Assembly: GCA_965649215.1 (NCBI GenBank)
Contig: CBFGJZ010000001.1
Location: forward strand, 129,549 to 163,782
DNA: 34,234 bases
Origin: a candidate division WOR-3 bacterium
GTDB taxonomy: Bacteria; Hydrothermota; Tepidihabitantia; Tepidihabitantales; CAIPLT01
Reading direction: 5' to 3'
Of the stretch, positions 1-9,054 are shown in pieces (the first letter of the stretch is position 1; each line of letters opens with the position of its first letter). The translations under genes and the position numbers were made by a program. The notes beneath the pieces are model-generated. The model did no database searches. It had not been told where the DNA came from and was given only the letters and a program-made list of their open reading frames with translations.

Positions 1-2
1 AA

Positions 3-257
3 TTACCAGAAACAGGCAAGGTAATTAAACAAGGTGATGTGTTGGGCACAATCGAAGCAGTAAAGGCAGTTTCGGATTTCTATTCACCCGTATCAGGTAC
101 AGTTATTGCAAGTAATAATGAGTTGAAGAGCGCACCTGATTTAGTTAATAAAGACCCATATGGTAAGGGCTGGATGGTAAAAATTCAACTAACTGATCCT
201 AGCGAGATAACTTCTTTATTAGATAGTGATCAATACGAAAAAAATATCAGCGGGTAG
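3..257 (+). CDS. gcvH: Glycine cleavage system H protein (5'-truncated by window edge)
   Basis: Open frame from the window start (LPETGKVIKQGDVLGTIEAVKAVSD...). Lipoyl-Lys motif EAVKAVSD and NKDPYGKGW; lies upstream of gcvPA. Confidence 0.95.
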   Translation, partial: LPETGKVIKQGDVLGTIEAVKAVSDFYSPVSGTVIASNNELKSAPDLVNKDPYGKGWMVKIQLTDPSEITSLLDSDQYEKNISG

Positions 258-295
258 GTAATGAATTTTATCTGATATTAAGTTAGGAACGGACA

Positions 296-1642
296 ATGTA
301 TACACCACATACTGAAGAAGACAAGCAAGTAATGCTTCAAAAGATCGGGGTTAACTCGTTTGAAGAACTAATCTCAGTAATTCCGGAAAAATTACGCTTC
401 AAAGGAAATTTAAATTTACCCGAAGCGTTATCTGAATTAGAAGCAGTTAAATATTGTCAAGCGTTGGCGCGTCGTAATAGTCATCAGAAAGAGTATATTT
501 CTTTTTTAGGTGGCGGTATTTATGATCACTATATTCCTGCAGTAATTGACCATATAATTTCTCGGTCCGAGTTTTATACCGCCTATACACCATATCAGCC
601 TGAAGTTTCGCAAGGTACTCTGCAGACGATTTATGAATATCAATCATTGATTTGCGAACTATTTGCAATGGATGTATCTAATGCAGGAATGTATGATGCG
701 GCTTCGGCTTTTGCTGAAAGTTGCCATATGGCGCGAAGTATTACTAAGCGTAATAAGATTTTAATTGCCGACACGATTCATCCTTATTATCGTAAGGTTA
801 TTGACACCTATACCCATGGCCTTAATATTCCAATTGTAAATTGTGGCTGTATGCTTGGTGATGAAGGACGAGTGAGTTTAAGAGGTGTTGAAGAAGCAAT
901 TGATAATGACACCGCTGCAATTTTGGTGCAACATCCTAATTTCTATGGTGTTTTAGAACCGGTCCGAGAGTTAAGTACCATTGCCCATAAATATAATGCC
1001 TTACTAATTGTCTGCGTTGATCCAATATCATTAGGGTTATTAGCGCCACCAGGACAATATGATGCAGATATTGCAGTTGGCGAAGGGCAAGTGTTGGGTA
1101 TTCCTCCATCACTGGGTGGTCCTTTATTAGGAATACTTACTTGCCGAAAAGATTTTGTGCGGATGTTACCGGGTCGTTTAGTTGGAAAGACCACTGATAT
1201 TGAAGGTAAAACGGGTTATGTCTTAATCTTACAAACTCGAGAACAACATATTCGCCGAGAAAAAGCAACTTCTAATATTTGTACGAATGAAGCATTATGT
1301 GCTTTGGCGGCGACGATCTATCTTTCAATAATGGGTAAAGAAGGTATAAAAGAAGTAAGCCGACAGTGTTATGCGAAAAGTCATTATTTAGCCCACGCAA
1401 TCAAAAGCATCAATGGTTATTCTTTAGCCTTTAACCAGCCATTTTTCAAGGAATTTGTGATTAAAACGCCGATAGAGCCAAAAAAGATTATTCAGGAAAT
1501 GCTTAAAGAAAGGATTTTTGCCGGCATTAACCTTTCTAATTTTAATGAAGATTGGCAGAATATGTTATTAGTGGCAGTAAGCGAACAAAGAACCAAACAA
1601 GAACTTGACCGTTATGTAGAAATATTAAAGGAGTTAAGATGA
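296..1642 (+). CDS. gcvPA: Glycine dehydrogenase (decarboxylating) subunit 1
   Basis: Motifs [16 protein letters not shown] and [19 protein letters not shown]; 448 aa. Confidence 0.97.
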   Translation: MYTPHTEEDKQVMLQKIGVNSFEELISVIPEKLRFKGNLNLPEALSELEAVKYCQALARRNSHQKEYISFLGGGIYDHYIPAVIDHIISRSEFYTAYTPYQPEVSQGTLQTIYEYQSLICELFAMDVSNAGMYDAASAFAESCHMARSITKRNKILIADTIHPYYRKVIDTYTHGLNIPIVNCGCMLGDEGRVSLRGVEEAIDNDTAAILVQHPNFYGVLEPVRELSTIAHKYNALLIVCVDPISLGLLAPPGQYDADIAVGEGQVLGIPPSLGGPLLGILTCRKDFVRMLPGRLVGKTTDIEGKTGYVLILQTREQHIRREKATSNICTNEALCALAATIYLSIMGKEGIKEVSRQCYAKSHYLAHAIKSINGYSLAFNQPFFKEFVIKTPIEPKKIIQEMLKERIFAGINLSNFNEDWQNMLLVAVSEQRTKQELDRYVEILKELR

Positions 1643-1854
1643 GCCGAGAATGTCAAGTTATTAGAAACAAACGCTATTGTACTTGTACTTATGAAATGTG
1701 CACCCGTCGCGGAAGATGTTGTGAGTGTATTCAATATCATCGGCAGAACAACGAATTACCGGCTTGTTATTTTCCACGGCAGATAGAAAAAACTTATGAC
1801 CGTTCAATTCGTAGATTTATTGAATGTCATCAGATGAAAAAATATGATGAATAA
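1639..1854 (+). CDS. Small Cys-rich putative metal-binding protein (DUF6485-like)
   Basis: 71 aa with 9 Cys ([28 protein letters not shown]). ATGA overlap with the gcvPA stop and overlap with the gcvPB start. Family name from recall. Confidence 0.8.
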   Translation: MSRECQVIRNKRYCTCTYEMCTRRGRCCECIQYHRQNNELPACYFPRQIEKTYDRSIRRFIECHQMKKYDE

Positions 1855-3301
1855 ATTAGAAGCAGAAATCTTTGAATATTCCAAACCCAATCGCAAAGCA
1901 TACAGTTTACCTAAATTAGATGTAGAGTTTCAAATTAACGATATCAGCGAAGCAGAATTACGAAAACAATTAAACTTACCCGAAGTTTCTGAAATAGATG
2001 TCGTCCGACATTTTATTAAGTTATCAATATTAAACCATCATGTCGATAAAGGATTTTATCCGTTAGGTTCCTGCACGATGAAATATAACCCAAAGGTAAA
2101 TGAAGATGTTTGTCGGATTGATGGGTTTAGTGCAATTCATCCTTTACAACCAATTGAAACAATTCAAGGTGCTTTACAACTGATGTATGAGTTGGCTGAA
2201 TATTTATCAGAAATATCAGGTATGGATGCGGTTTCACTCCAACCGGCAGCCGGTGCGCATGGGGAGTTAACCAGCATAATGATTGTCCGCAAATATTTTG
2301 AAGAACGTAATGAACAGCGTACCAAAGTGTTAATACCTGATTCGGCTCATGGCACAAATCCAGCTTCGGTTACACTTTCAGGCTTTAAAGCAGTGGAAAT
2401 TAAATCAAATGCTCAAGGAATGGTTGATTTAGAGAATTTACAAAAGGCTTTAGATAAGGAAGTTGCCTGTATAATGTTGACAGTGCCTAATACTTTAGGA
2501 TTGTTTGAGCGGGATTTAGCTAAGATTGTCGAACTTGTTCATAACAAAGGCGCTTTACTTTATATGGACGGTGCGAATATGAACGCCTATTTAGGATATT
2601 TTCGACCGGGTGACGCAGGTTTTGATTTGATACATTTTAATCTGCATAAGACTTTTTCTACACCCCACGGTGGGGGTGGTCCAGGAGCTGGTCCAATTGG
2701 TGTCAAAAAATATTTAGCAAAATATCTACCGGTACCAATAATTGAAAAAGATGGGGATCAATTTAAACTTAACTATAATCGCCCGCATAGTATTGGAAAG
2801 GTGCATGGTTTTTATGGTAATTTTGCGGTGATGGTAAGAGCTTATAATTACATACGAATGCTCGGAGCTTTAGGATTAAAAGAGGTATCGGAATGTGCGG
2901 TGATTAATGCCAATTATATCCGTAAAATATTAGCCGATTATTATCTTTTACCATATCCCGATATATGTTTGCATGAATGCGTTTTTTCAGCTGATAATCT
3001 TAAACAATATGGTATTAAGACCTTAGATGTTGCCAAACGTTTACTTGATTTTGGCTTACACGCACCCACTGTCTATTTTCCGTTAATTGTCCATGAAGCT
3101 CTAATGATTGAACCTACGGAGACTGAGTCAAAAGAGTCAGTTGATAGATTTATTGAAGCAATGATTGAGATTGCTAAAGAAGCAAAAGAAAATCCACAGC
3201 TTCTTAAAGATGCCCCACAAAAGACACCAGTACGCAGATTAGATGAAGTAAAGGCATCACGAGAATTGATTGTTAAGACACAAAGATATAACCATGATTG
3301 A
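1844..3301 (+). CDS. gcvPB: Glycine dehydrogenase (decarboxylating) subunit 2
   Basis: [23 protein letters not shown]-Lys motif [27 protein letters not shown]. Confidence 0.97.
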   Translation: MMNKLEAEIFEYSKPNRKAYSLPKLDVEFQINDISEAELRKQLNLPEVSEIDVVRHFIKLSILNHHVDKGFYPLGSCTMKYNPKVNEDVCRIDGFSAIHPLQPIETIQGALQLMYELAEYLSEISGMDAVSLQPAAGAHGELTSIMIVRKYFEERNEQRTKVLIPDSAHGTNPASVTLSGFKAVEIKSNAQGMVDLENLQKALDKEVACIMLTVPNTLGLFERDLAKIVELVHNKGALLYMDGANMNAYLGYFRPGDAGFDLIHFNLHKTFSTPHGGGGPGAGPIGVKKYLAKYLPVPIIEKDGDQFKLNYNRPHSIGKVHGFYGNFAVMVRAYNYIRMLGALGLKEVSECAVINANYIRKILADYYLLPYPDICLHECVFSADNLKQYGIKTLDVAKRLLDFGLHAPTVYFPLIVHEALMIEPTETESKESVDRFIEAMIEIAKEAKENPQLLKDAPQKTPVRRLDEVKASRELIVKTQRYNHD

Positions 3302-3623
3302 GCAAGTATCCAACGAACGACGGGACGAGATTTTTCAAAAAATCGCCCAGAAAGTAGTTGATTTACGGTTAACACCAGTTGCAATTGTGCTTTTGGAATC
3401 ATCGAAACCAATTTCGTTTGTTGGTTCACAATTGATGGTATTTTTTCAACCAATCTATGCTGCGGTTTTCCCCGCCCGTCCCTATAATGAAATTGCGGTT
3501 CTTTTAGAAGATCGTGCTAATATTGAATTATTAATAAGAGCCATTGAGAAGTTAGAGGATGAGAAAAAAGCAAAGAAACATAAAAAGATTGACAACAAGG
3601 ATAGTCAAGATAATAATAAGTAA
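3294..3623 (+). CDS. Conserved hypothetical protein (~109 aa) with a central hydrophobic segment
   Basis: ATG at 3294 overlaps the gcvPB stop and is in frame with the track's TTG at 3270. Motifs [14 protein letters not shown] and [12 protein letters not shown]; Lys-rich tail; fills the gap before the GlmL-like gene. Confidence 0.75.
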   Translation: MIEQVSNERRDEIFQKIAQKVVDLRLTPVAIVLLESSKPISFVGSQLMVFFQPIYAAVFPARPYNEIAVLLEDRANIELLIRAIEKLEDEKKAKKHKKIDNKDSQDNNK

Positions 3624-3637
3624 AGAGAGATAAGATT

Positions 3638-5440
3638 ATGGAGAAAGAAAAAATAACTCGTATTTTAGCAACTGATTGTGGTAGTACCACAACGAAAGCA
3701 ATTTTAATTGAAAAGCAAGCTAATGGTGAATATCGATTAAAAACCCGCGGTGAAGCACCAACCACAGTTGAAGCGCCATTTGAAGATGTGACCCGAGGTG
3801 TTTTAAATGCAATTCGAGAGGTTGAGGAATTATCCGAACGGGTAATATTAGAAGGCGAAAAGATTATAAAACCAAAAAAGAGCGACCGAGAAGGAGTTGA
3901 TGTCTATATTTCTACTTCTTCAGCGGGTGGTGGTTTGCAGATGATGGTAGCAGGTGTTGTGTTAACGATGACCGCAGAAAGTGCAGCCAGAGCAGCTTTA
4001 GGTGCCGGTGCAATTGTGATGGATGTAATTGCTTCCAACGATGGTCGCTTACCCCACGAAAAGATTGAACGAATTAGAAATTTACGACCGGATATGATTT
4101 TGTTATCCGGTGGCATTGATGGTGGTACGATTTCACATGTGGTTGAATTAGCTGAGCTGATACGTGCTGCGGACCCCCGACCACGATTTGGTACGGGCTA
4201 TAATTTGCCGGTAATTTATGCGGGTAATAAAGATGCTCGTGAATTAATATTAAAGACCTTACAAGATAAAAGTGCTTTAGTGATTGTTGAAAATTTACGA
4301 CCAGTTTTAGAGCGTGAGAATTTGTTGCCCGCTCGTCATCGGATTCATGATTTGTTTATGGAACATGTGATGGCGCACGCGCCGGGTTATAAGAAATTAA
4401 TGGAATGGACTGATGTCCCGATTATGCCAACACCGGGAGCAGTTGGTTTACTGATTGAAAATCTTGGGAAGAGTGAAAAGATTGATGTCTTAGGTGTAGA
4501 TATTGGAGGTGCGACAACCGATGTCTTCTCGGTCTTTAGCGGTATCTTTAATCGTACGGTGAGTGCTAATTTGGGTATGTCGTATAGTATTTCCAATGTT
4601 TTGGCCGAAGCCGGTGAAGATAATATTATGCGCTGGATTCCTTTTGAGATCGCTACCTCAGATGTGCGTAACCGCATCCGTAATAAAATGATTCGACCAA
4701 CCACGATTCCCTCAAGCCTGCAAGAACTGAAAATTGAACACGCAATCGCTCGGGAAGCATTACGTTTAGCATTAGAGCAACATAAGTCAATGGCAGTGGG
4801 TCTTAAAGGTGTCCAACAAGAACGAACGATTTCTGATGCATTTGCCCAAACTTTATCCGGAGAAACTTTAGTGAATATGATGAGTTTGAATTTGATTGTT
4901 GGTTCGGGTGGAATCTTATCGCACGCGCCAAGAAGGGTGCAGGCAGCGTTAATGATGATTGATGCATTCTTACCTGAAGGGGTTACGCGTTTAGCTGTAG
5001 ATAGCATCTTTATGATGCCACACTTAGGCGTTTTAACTGAAGTCCATCCCGAAGCCGCTAATGAAGTGTTTGTGAAGGATTGTTTAGTGAAACTGGGAAC
5101 TTGTATTGCACCGGTTGGTGAAGGAAGACAAGGCAATCGCTGTGTAACTGTTAAGTTTACTGACGAGCAAAAACAAGAGCAAGAAGTTCAAGTCAATTAT
5201 GGCGATATTAAATTAATTCCAATGGGTAATGTTAAAACCAAAGCAATCTTAAAACCTGAAAAGGGATTTGATGTTGGTGGTGGTCGGGGTAAAGAGATTG
5301 AAAGTGAGATTGAAGGAGGTGTGGTTGGTATTATTATTGATTGTCGGGGACGAAGACCGTTTGTGATTCCCCAAGATGCAAGACAAAGAATTGAATTTCT
5401 CCAAAAGACAGCCGAAGCGCTTAACGCGTATCCCAAATAA
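3638..5440 (+). CDS. Glutamate mutase L (GlmL/MutL)-like ASKHA-fold ATPase, long form
   Basis: Phosphate-1 motif TDCGSTTTKA, TSSAGGGL, LSGGIDGG, IMPTPGAV, phosphate-2 motif VDIGGATTDVFS, RTVSANLGMSYS, adenosine motif GSGG; 600 aa. Confidence 0.85.
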   Translation: MEKEKITRILATDCGSTTTKAILIEKQANGEYRLKTRGEAPTTVEAPFEDVTRGVLNAIREVEELSERVILEGEKIIKPKKSDREGVDVYISTSSAGGGLQMMVAGVVLTMTAESAARAALGAGAIVMDVIASNDGRLPHEKIERIRNLRPDMILLSGGIDGGTISHVVELAELIRAADPRPRFGTGYNLPVIYAGNKDARELILKTLQDKSALVIVENLRPVLERENLLPARHRIHDLFMEHVMAHAPGYKKLMEWTDVPIMPTPGAVGLLIENLGKSEKIDVLGVDIGGATTDVFSVFSGIFNRTVSANLGMSYSISNVLAEAGEDNIMRWIPFEIATSDVRNRIRNKMIRPTTIPSSLQELKIEHAIAREALRLALEQHKSMAVGLKGVQQERTISDAFAQTLSGETLVNMMSLNLIVGSGGILSHAPRRVQAALMMIDAFLPEGVTRLAVDSIFMMPHLGVLTEVHPEAANEVFVKDCLVKLGTCIAPVGEGRQGNRCVTVKFTDEQKQEQEVQVNYGDIKLIPMGNVKTKAILKPEKGFDVGGGRGKEIESEIEGGVVGIIIDCRGRRPFVIPQDARQRIEFLQKTAEALNAYPK

Positions 5441-5443
5441 GAT

Positions 5444-6694
5444 ATGGACTTAAAGTTTATCCGTAATAATCCAACTTTAGCAAAAGAGATGTTAAGACGT
5501 CGGCACGAAGAAGTTTCCATAGATGCAATATTGGCAATTGATAATAAACGACGAGAGTTAATCCAAATGCGTGACCATCATCGAATGCTCCATCGCCAAA
5601 TGAGCGAAAAGGTTGCAATTATGAAAAAAGAAAAGGCGGAGTGTCGTGATTTAATTGAAGAATGTAAAGTGATGGGACAAAAGGTTAGTGAGTTAGAAAA
5701 GGAATTGAAAATAATTGAGTATGAATTGGAAACAAAACTTTCGTTTTTGCCAAATGTGATTCATGAATCGGTAAGCGATCAAGATACAATTGTTGCAAGT
5801 TGGGGTAAAAAGCCAGAATTTTCTTTTAAGCCTTTAGCGCATTGGGATTTGGGCGAAGCATTGGGCATTTTGGATTTCACCCGGGCTTCTAAATTAGCAG
5901 GTTCACGATTTGTCTTGTATAAAGGAATCGGCGCACAACTGGAACGGGCATTGATTAATTTCTGCTTGGATATCCATATTAAAAAACACGGCTATACAGA
6001 AATTATGCCACCAGTCTTAAACTTAGAAGAGTGTTTTTTTAATACAGGTGCGCTACCTAAATTGGCAGATGAAATGTATAAATGTAGCCAAGATCCATTT
6101 TATTTAATCCCCACCGCAGAAGTACCCTTAGTTAATTTACATCGCAATGAATGTTTTAATGAAGACGACTTGCCCAAATATTATACTGCTTACACACCAT
6201 GTTTTCGTCGGGAAGCAGGTTCGTATGGTAAGGATGTCCGTGGTATGATCCGAATTCACCAGTTTGATAAAGTAGAGTTAGTTAAGTTTACCAAACCAGA
6301 AGATTCTTATTTGGAACATGAAAAGATGCGCGCCGATGTGGAAGAGTTAATGCAACTTTTGGAAATTCCCTATCAGGTTAAATTGCTCTCGGCAAGCGAA
6401 ATGGCTTTTCAATCGGCAAAGACTTATGATATTGAAGCCTGGGCAGCGGGCAGTGAAGCCTGGCTGGAGGTCTCGTCGATTTCTAATTGCGAGAGTTTTC
6501 AAGCCCGTCGTGCGAATATCCGCGTGCGACGTCAGTCCAATGAATTGGAGTACGTCCATATTTTAAATGGTTCAGGACTTGCTTTCCCAAGAATTTTTGT
6601 CGCCTTACTTGAGAATAATCAACAGAAAGATGGTAGCGTAATTATTCCCAAAGCATTAAGACCATATCTGAATGGTCTTGAAAAAATCGGATAG
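5444..6694 (+). CDS. serS: Serine--tRNA ligase
   Basis: N-terminal coiled coil, LIPTAEV, motif 2 CFRREAGSYGKDVRGMIRIHQFDKVE, motif 3 LNGSGLAFPR. Confidence 0.98.
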   Translation: MDLKFIRNNPTLAKEMLRRRHEEVSIDAILAIDNKRRELIQMRDHHRMLHRQMSEKVAIMKKEKAECRDLIEECKVMGQKVSELEKELKIIEYELETKLSFLPNVIHESVSDQDTIVASWGKKPEFSFKPLAHWDLGEALGILDFTRASKLAGSRFVLYKGIGAQLERALINFCLDIHIKKHGYTEIMPPVLNLEECFFNTGALPKLADEMYKCSQDPFYLIPTAEVPLVNLHRNECFNEDDLPKYYTAYTPCFRREAGSYGKDVRGMIRIHQFDKVELVKFTKPEDSYLEHEKMRADVEELMQLLEIPYQVKLLSASEMAFQSAKTYDIEAWAAGSEAWLEVSSISNCESFQARRANIRVRRQSNELEYVHILNGSGLAFPRIFVALLENNQQKDGSVIIPKALRPYLNGLEKIG

Positions 6695-6703
6695 TATCGG
6701 CCA

Positions 6704-6810
6704 ATAACACAAAGACACAGAGACACAAAAGGGCACAAAGATGAATTTAAGGTTAAAGACAACAGATAACACAGAGACACAGAAGGACACAAAGTATGAT
6801 TTTAGGTTTA
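6704..6810. repeat. Imperfect tandem duplication built of ACACA(A/G)AG units
   Basis: ataacacaaagacacagagacacaaaagggcacaaag-atgaatttaaggtt (from 6704) versus ataacacagagacacagaaggacacaaag-tatgattttaggtt (from 6766). Confidence 0.75.
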
Positions 6811-6823
6811 TTTAATACCGGCT

Positions 6824-6960
6824 GTAAGATTGCTTCGTCGCTGTCGCTCCTCGCAAAGACGAGAGGTGGAGAGTCATTGCAAGCTGAAGGCGTGGCAATC
6901 TTACTGACAGTGTTTCCTTTTTTGTCATTGCGAGCGAATGAAATGAGCGCGGCAATCTTA
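6824..6960. repeat. Cluster of three REP/RPE-like palindromic units (GATTGC...CGCAAAGAC and GTCATTGC...GGCAATC)
   Basis: Unit A 6824-6860 with inverted units at 6873-6904 and 6924-6960. gtaagattgc (6824-6833) and gcaatcttac (6895-6904) form a perfect 10-bp inverted repeat. A related copy lies at 33939-34026. Confidence 0.85.
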
Positions 6961-6971
6961 AACTTTTTCAA

Positions 6972-7556
6972 ATGAATATTGTAAAGATTAAAAGAGAAAT
7001 AATTGAATTGGGTAAATTTCTTTTCAAAAGAGGTTATATTATTGCCAATGACGGCAATCTGAGTGTGCGTTTATCGAAACAGGAAATGTTAATTACGGCT
7101 CGAAATGTGAATAAAGGTGAACTTAAAAGTAGGGATCTTATTAAATTATCACTCAATGAGCAAATTAAGGATTTAAGAGAACTTAAAATAAAACCATCAA
7201 CTGAATACCGTCTGCATTTAGGTATCTATCAAAAGCGAAATGATATTAATGCAATTATTCATGCGCATCCGTTATATTCAACAATCTATGCGGTGTTAGG
7301 TAAAAAATTGGATGTTAATTTATTGACTGAGACCGCGATGACTTTGGGAGCGATTGGATATGTTAAAAATTATCCGCCCGGTAGTTTAGAATTAGCTACT
7401 GCAGTAGCCCAAAGCGCAATTAATAGTAATGTGATTCTTTTGGCAAAGCATGGGGTAGTGGTAATTGGTCAAAACTTACGAGAAGCACGCGATCGGCTGG
7501 AGCGTTTAGAGTTTTTAGCCAAAATTAGTTTTTTATTGAGTGTTTTTAGAGATTAG
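6972..7556 (+). CDS. Class II aldolase/adducin family protein (FucA/MtnB-like)
   Basis: GNLSVR, PSTEYRLH (catalytic Glu region), metal ligands IHAHP and LLAKHGVV. Substrate cannot be assigned. Confidence 0.92.
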   Translation: MNIVKIKREIIELGKFLFKRGYIIANDGNLSVRLSKQEMLITARNVNKGELKSRDLIKLSLNEQIKDLRELKIKPSTEYRLHLGIYQKRNDINAIIHAHPLYSTIYAVLGKKLDVNLLTETAMTLGAIGYVKNYPPGSLELATAVAQSAINSNVILLAKHGVVVIGQNLREARDRLERLEFLAKISFLLSVFRD

Positions 7557-7998
7557 GTGTTTGTAAGCCTACTGAAAAACTGAGACCTTTCGGGAGATAA
7601 CCACCGGCAGACCAAAAGTAACGAGTACCAATTGATAATAATGATATGGGATAGAAATTAGTATAGAATTCATAAGCGGTTGGTTGTGGTGAAGATTTGT
7701 TATTGGATTTTTTTGTAAAAATGGAGGTAACATCAAAGCCGAAACCAAACTCTACTTTATCGCTTTTACTAATCAGATATAAAGGTATATATCTACCCTT
7801 AGTCCCATTATTTGGAGCAGGTGAATAGTAATAACCGACGCCGATATTGATAAGATGAAATTCAGCCCCATAATAAAATCTACCTACTGAAGCAATGAGA
7901 TTAGCACTTAGTGAAATGTTTTTACCTTCGGCATATAGATTATTCGTTAAAATGATACTTAAAAAAATTATCGCGATGATTACAAGATGCTTATTCAT
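7546..7998 (-). CDS. Hypothetical secreted protein, beta-strand rich (possible small outer-membrane protein)
   Basis: Sec-type signal MNKHLVIIAIIFLSIILTNNLYA; alternating aromatic/Gly strands; 2 nt from the stop of the upstream lipoprotein gene. Confidence 0.7.
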   Translation of the reverse strand: MNKHLVIIAIIFLSIILTNNLYAEGKNISLSANLIASVGRFYYGAEFHLINIGVGYYYSPAPNNGTKGRYIPLYLISKSDKVEFGFGFDVTSIFTKKSNNKSSPQPTAYEFYTNFYPISLLSIGTRYFWSAGGYLPKGLSFSVGLQTPNL

Positions 7999-8000
7999 AA

Positions 8001-8654
8001 TTAGTTTTTACTACTCCTTTTTTCTAATAAACTGAGTCGGACATAAGTACTGCCAACCGTATACTCCATTTTGACCATGCCAAGGTCTTTTTGATAATAT
8101 TGGATAATTTCCCAAACTGGATAGGTTTCATCATCTGAGTTAGAAAGTTTTAAAGAGATTTTCCAACAATCTTGATAAGAATCAACATCTTCTAAAGATA
8201 AAACTTCACCTTTAACCTGATTGTAACTTTGTAAGAAAAAGCCATTTTTTCGTTTTAGTTGCCATTTGCGTCCGACATAAATGGGATAACGAAGATAAGG
8301 AATTGGATATTCATCATGGGGATAGGTTTGATAATTGTAAAAACCAAAATCATCTTGGGCATGATAAGTCTGTAAATACCAGACAAAACCACCGGATTGA
8401 TTATAAGCATATCGGTGTTGCGGATACATCACAACGCCATCAATTATCGTATCTTCATCATAAATCCACTCGACCTTACTGACACCAGCATAACTGGAAC
8501 TATTTACACTGTAAACATCATAAATATAGATATCTCCAGCATTGATGGGATTTAATTCTTTACCAACTGAAGCAACGAATGGCTGAAATGGTCCATCACA
8601 AGCAATAGTTAGTATTGTTAAAATAATACACCAAAAATAAATATTTTTTAACAT
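8001..8654 (-). CDS. Hypothetical lipoprotein
   Basis: Hydrophobic N-terminus with lipobox-like LTIAC (Cys19); Tyr-rich beta-type body (YLRYPIYVGRKW, YYQKDLGMVK). Confidence 0.75.
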   Translation of the reverse strand: MLKNIYFWCIILTILTIACDGPFQPFVASVGKELNPINAGDIYIYDVYSVNSSSYAGVSKVEWIYDEDTIIDGVVMYPQHRYAYNQSGGFVWYLQTYHAQDDFGFYNYQTYPHDEYPIPYLRYPIYVGRKWQLKRKNGFFLQSYNQVKGEVLSLEDVDSYQDCWKISLKLSNSDDETYPVWEIIQYYQKDLGMVKMEYTVGSTYVRLSLLEKRSSKN

Positions 8655-8662
8655 AGTTTTGT

Positions 8663-8690
8663 ATTATATTAAAAAAAAATATCCTGTCAA
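8663..8690 (-). promoter_or_regulatory. Sigma70-type promoter of the lipoprotein gene, apparently (near-)leaderless
   Basis: TTGACA (8690-8685), 16 nt, TATAAT (8668-8663), then only 8 nt to the ATG at 8654. Confidence 0.7.
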
Positions 8691-9054
8691 GATTAGATGG
8701 TTGTTACTCATAAAATAATGTGGATGATGATTGTATTTCTGAAGTTTGTCTTTATTTTTATAGTGAAGATAGGAGGAATTTGAAAAGTATGGTTTGAGGA
8801 GTTATTAATTTTGTCATATTGATTATTATCTTTGGAATTAGTGACTATTTATAACCATAACCTGCAAATAAATATGGGAGGTGTGCAATTATAAGAGAAT
8901 CGATTAAAATGTTCATTACCTCAACCAAAGATCAAGGAGGGGACTATACCATTCTTTTCTTGATTTTTGATATTAATTATTGGTTATAAATGGGTTAGAA
9001 TAAAAATTGTGTCGGTAATGGTGTTAGTTATAACTAACGGTCTTTAAGTTGTCA

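Noticed and set aside
4387-5136. 249-aa antisense ORF, and other antisense or alternate-frame ORFs in the track (e.g. 3073-3453, 5197-5520, 15349-15714, 20257-20589)
   Set aside because: They shadow well-supported genes and have no recognisable motifs.
3638-5440. Calling this gene DNA mismatch repair mutL
   Set aside because: It has ASKHA motifs and not GHKL motifs; the name overlap with glutamate mutase MutL is coincidental.
6704-6960. Possible CRISPR array or SECIS/T-box near serS
   Set aside because: Repeats are degenerate and partly inverted, with no regular spacers and no cas genes. A T-box would lie upstream of serS, where the gap is only 3 nt.
6753-6971. 72-aa minus-strand ORF (…ARND…ARSDSDEAI…)
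   Set aside because: It is a translation of the palindromic and ACACARAG repeats, with no independent coding signal.
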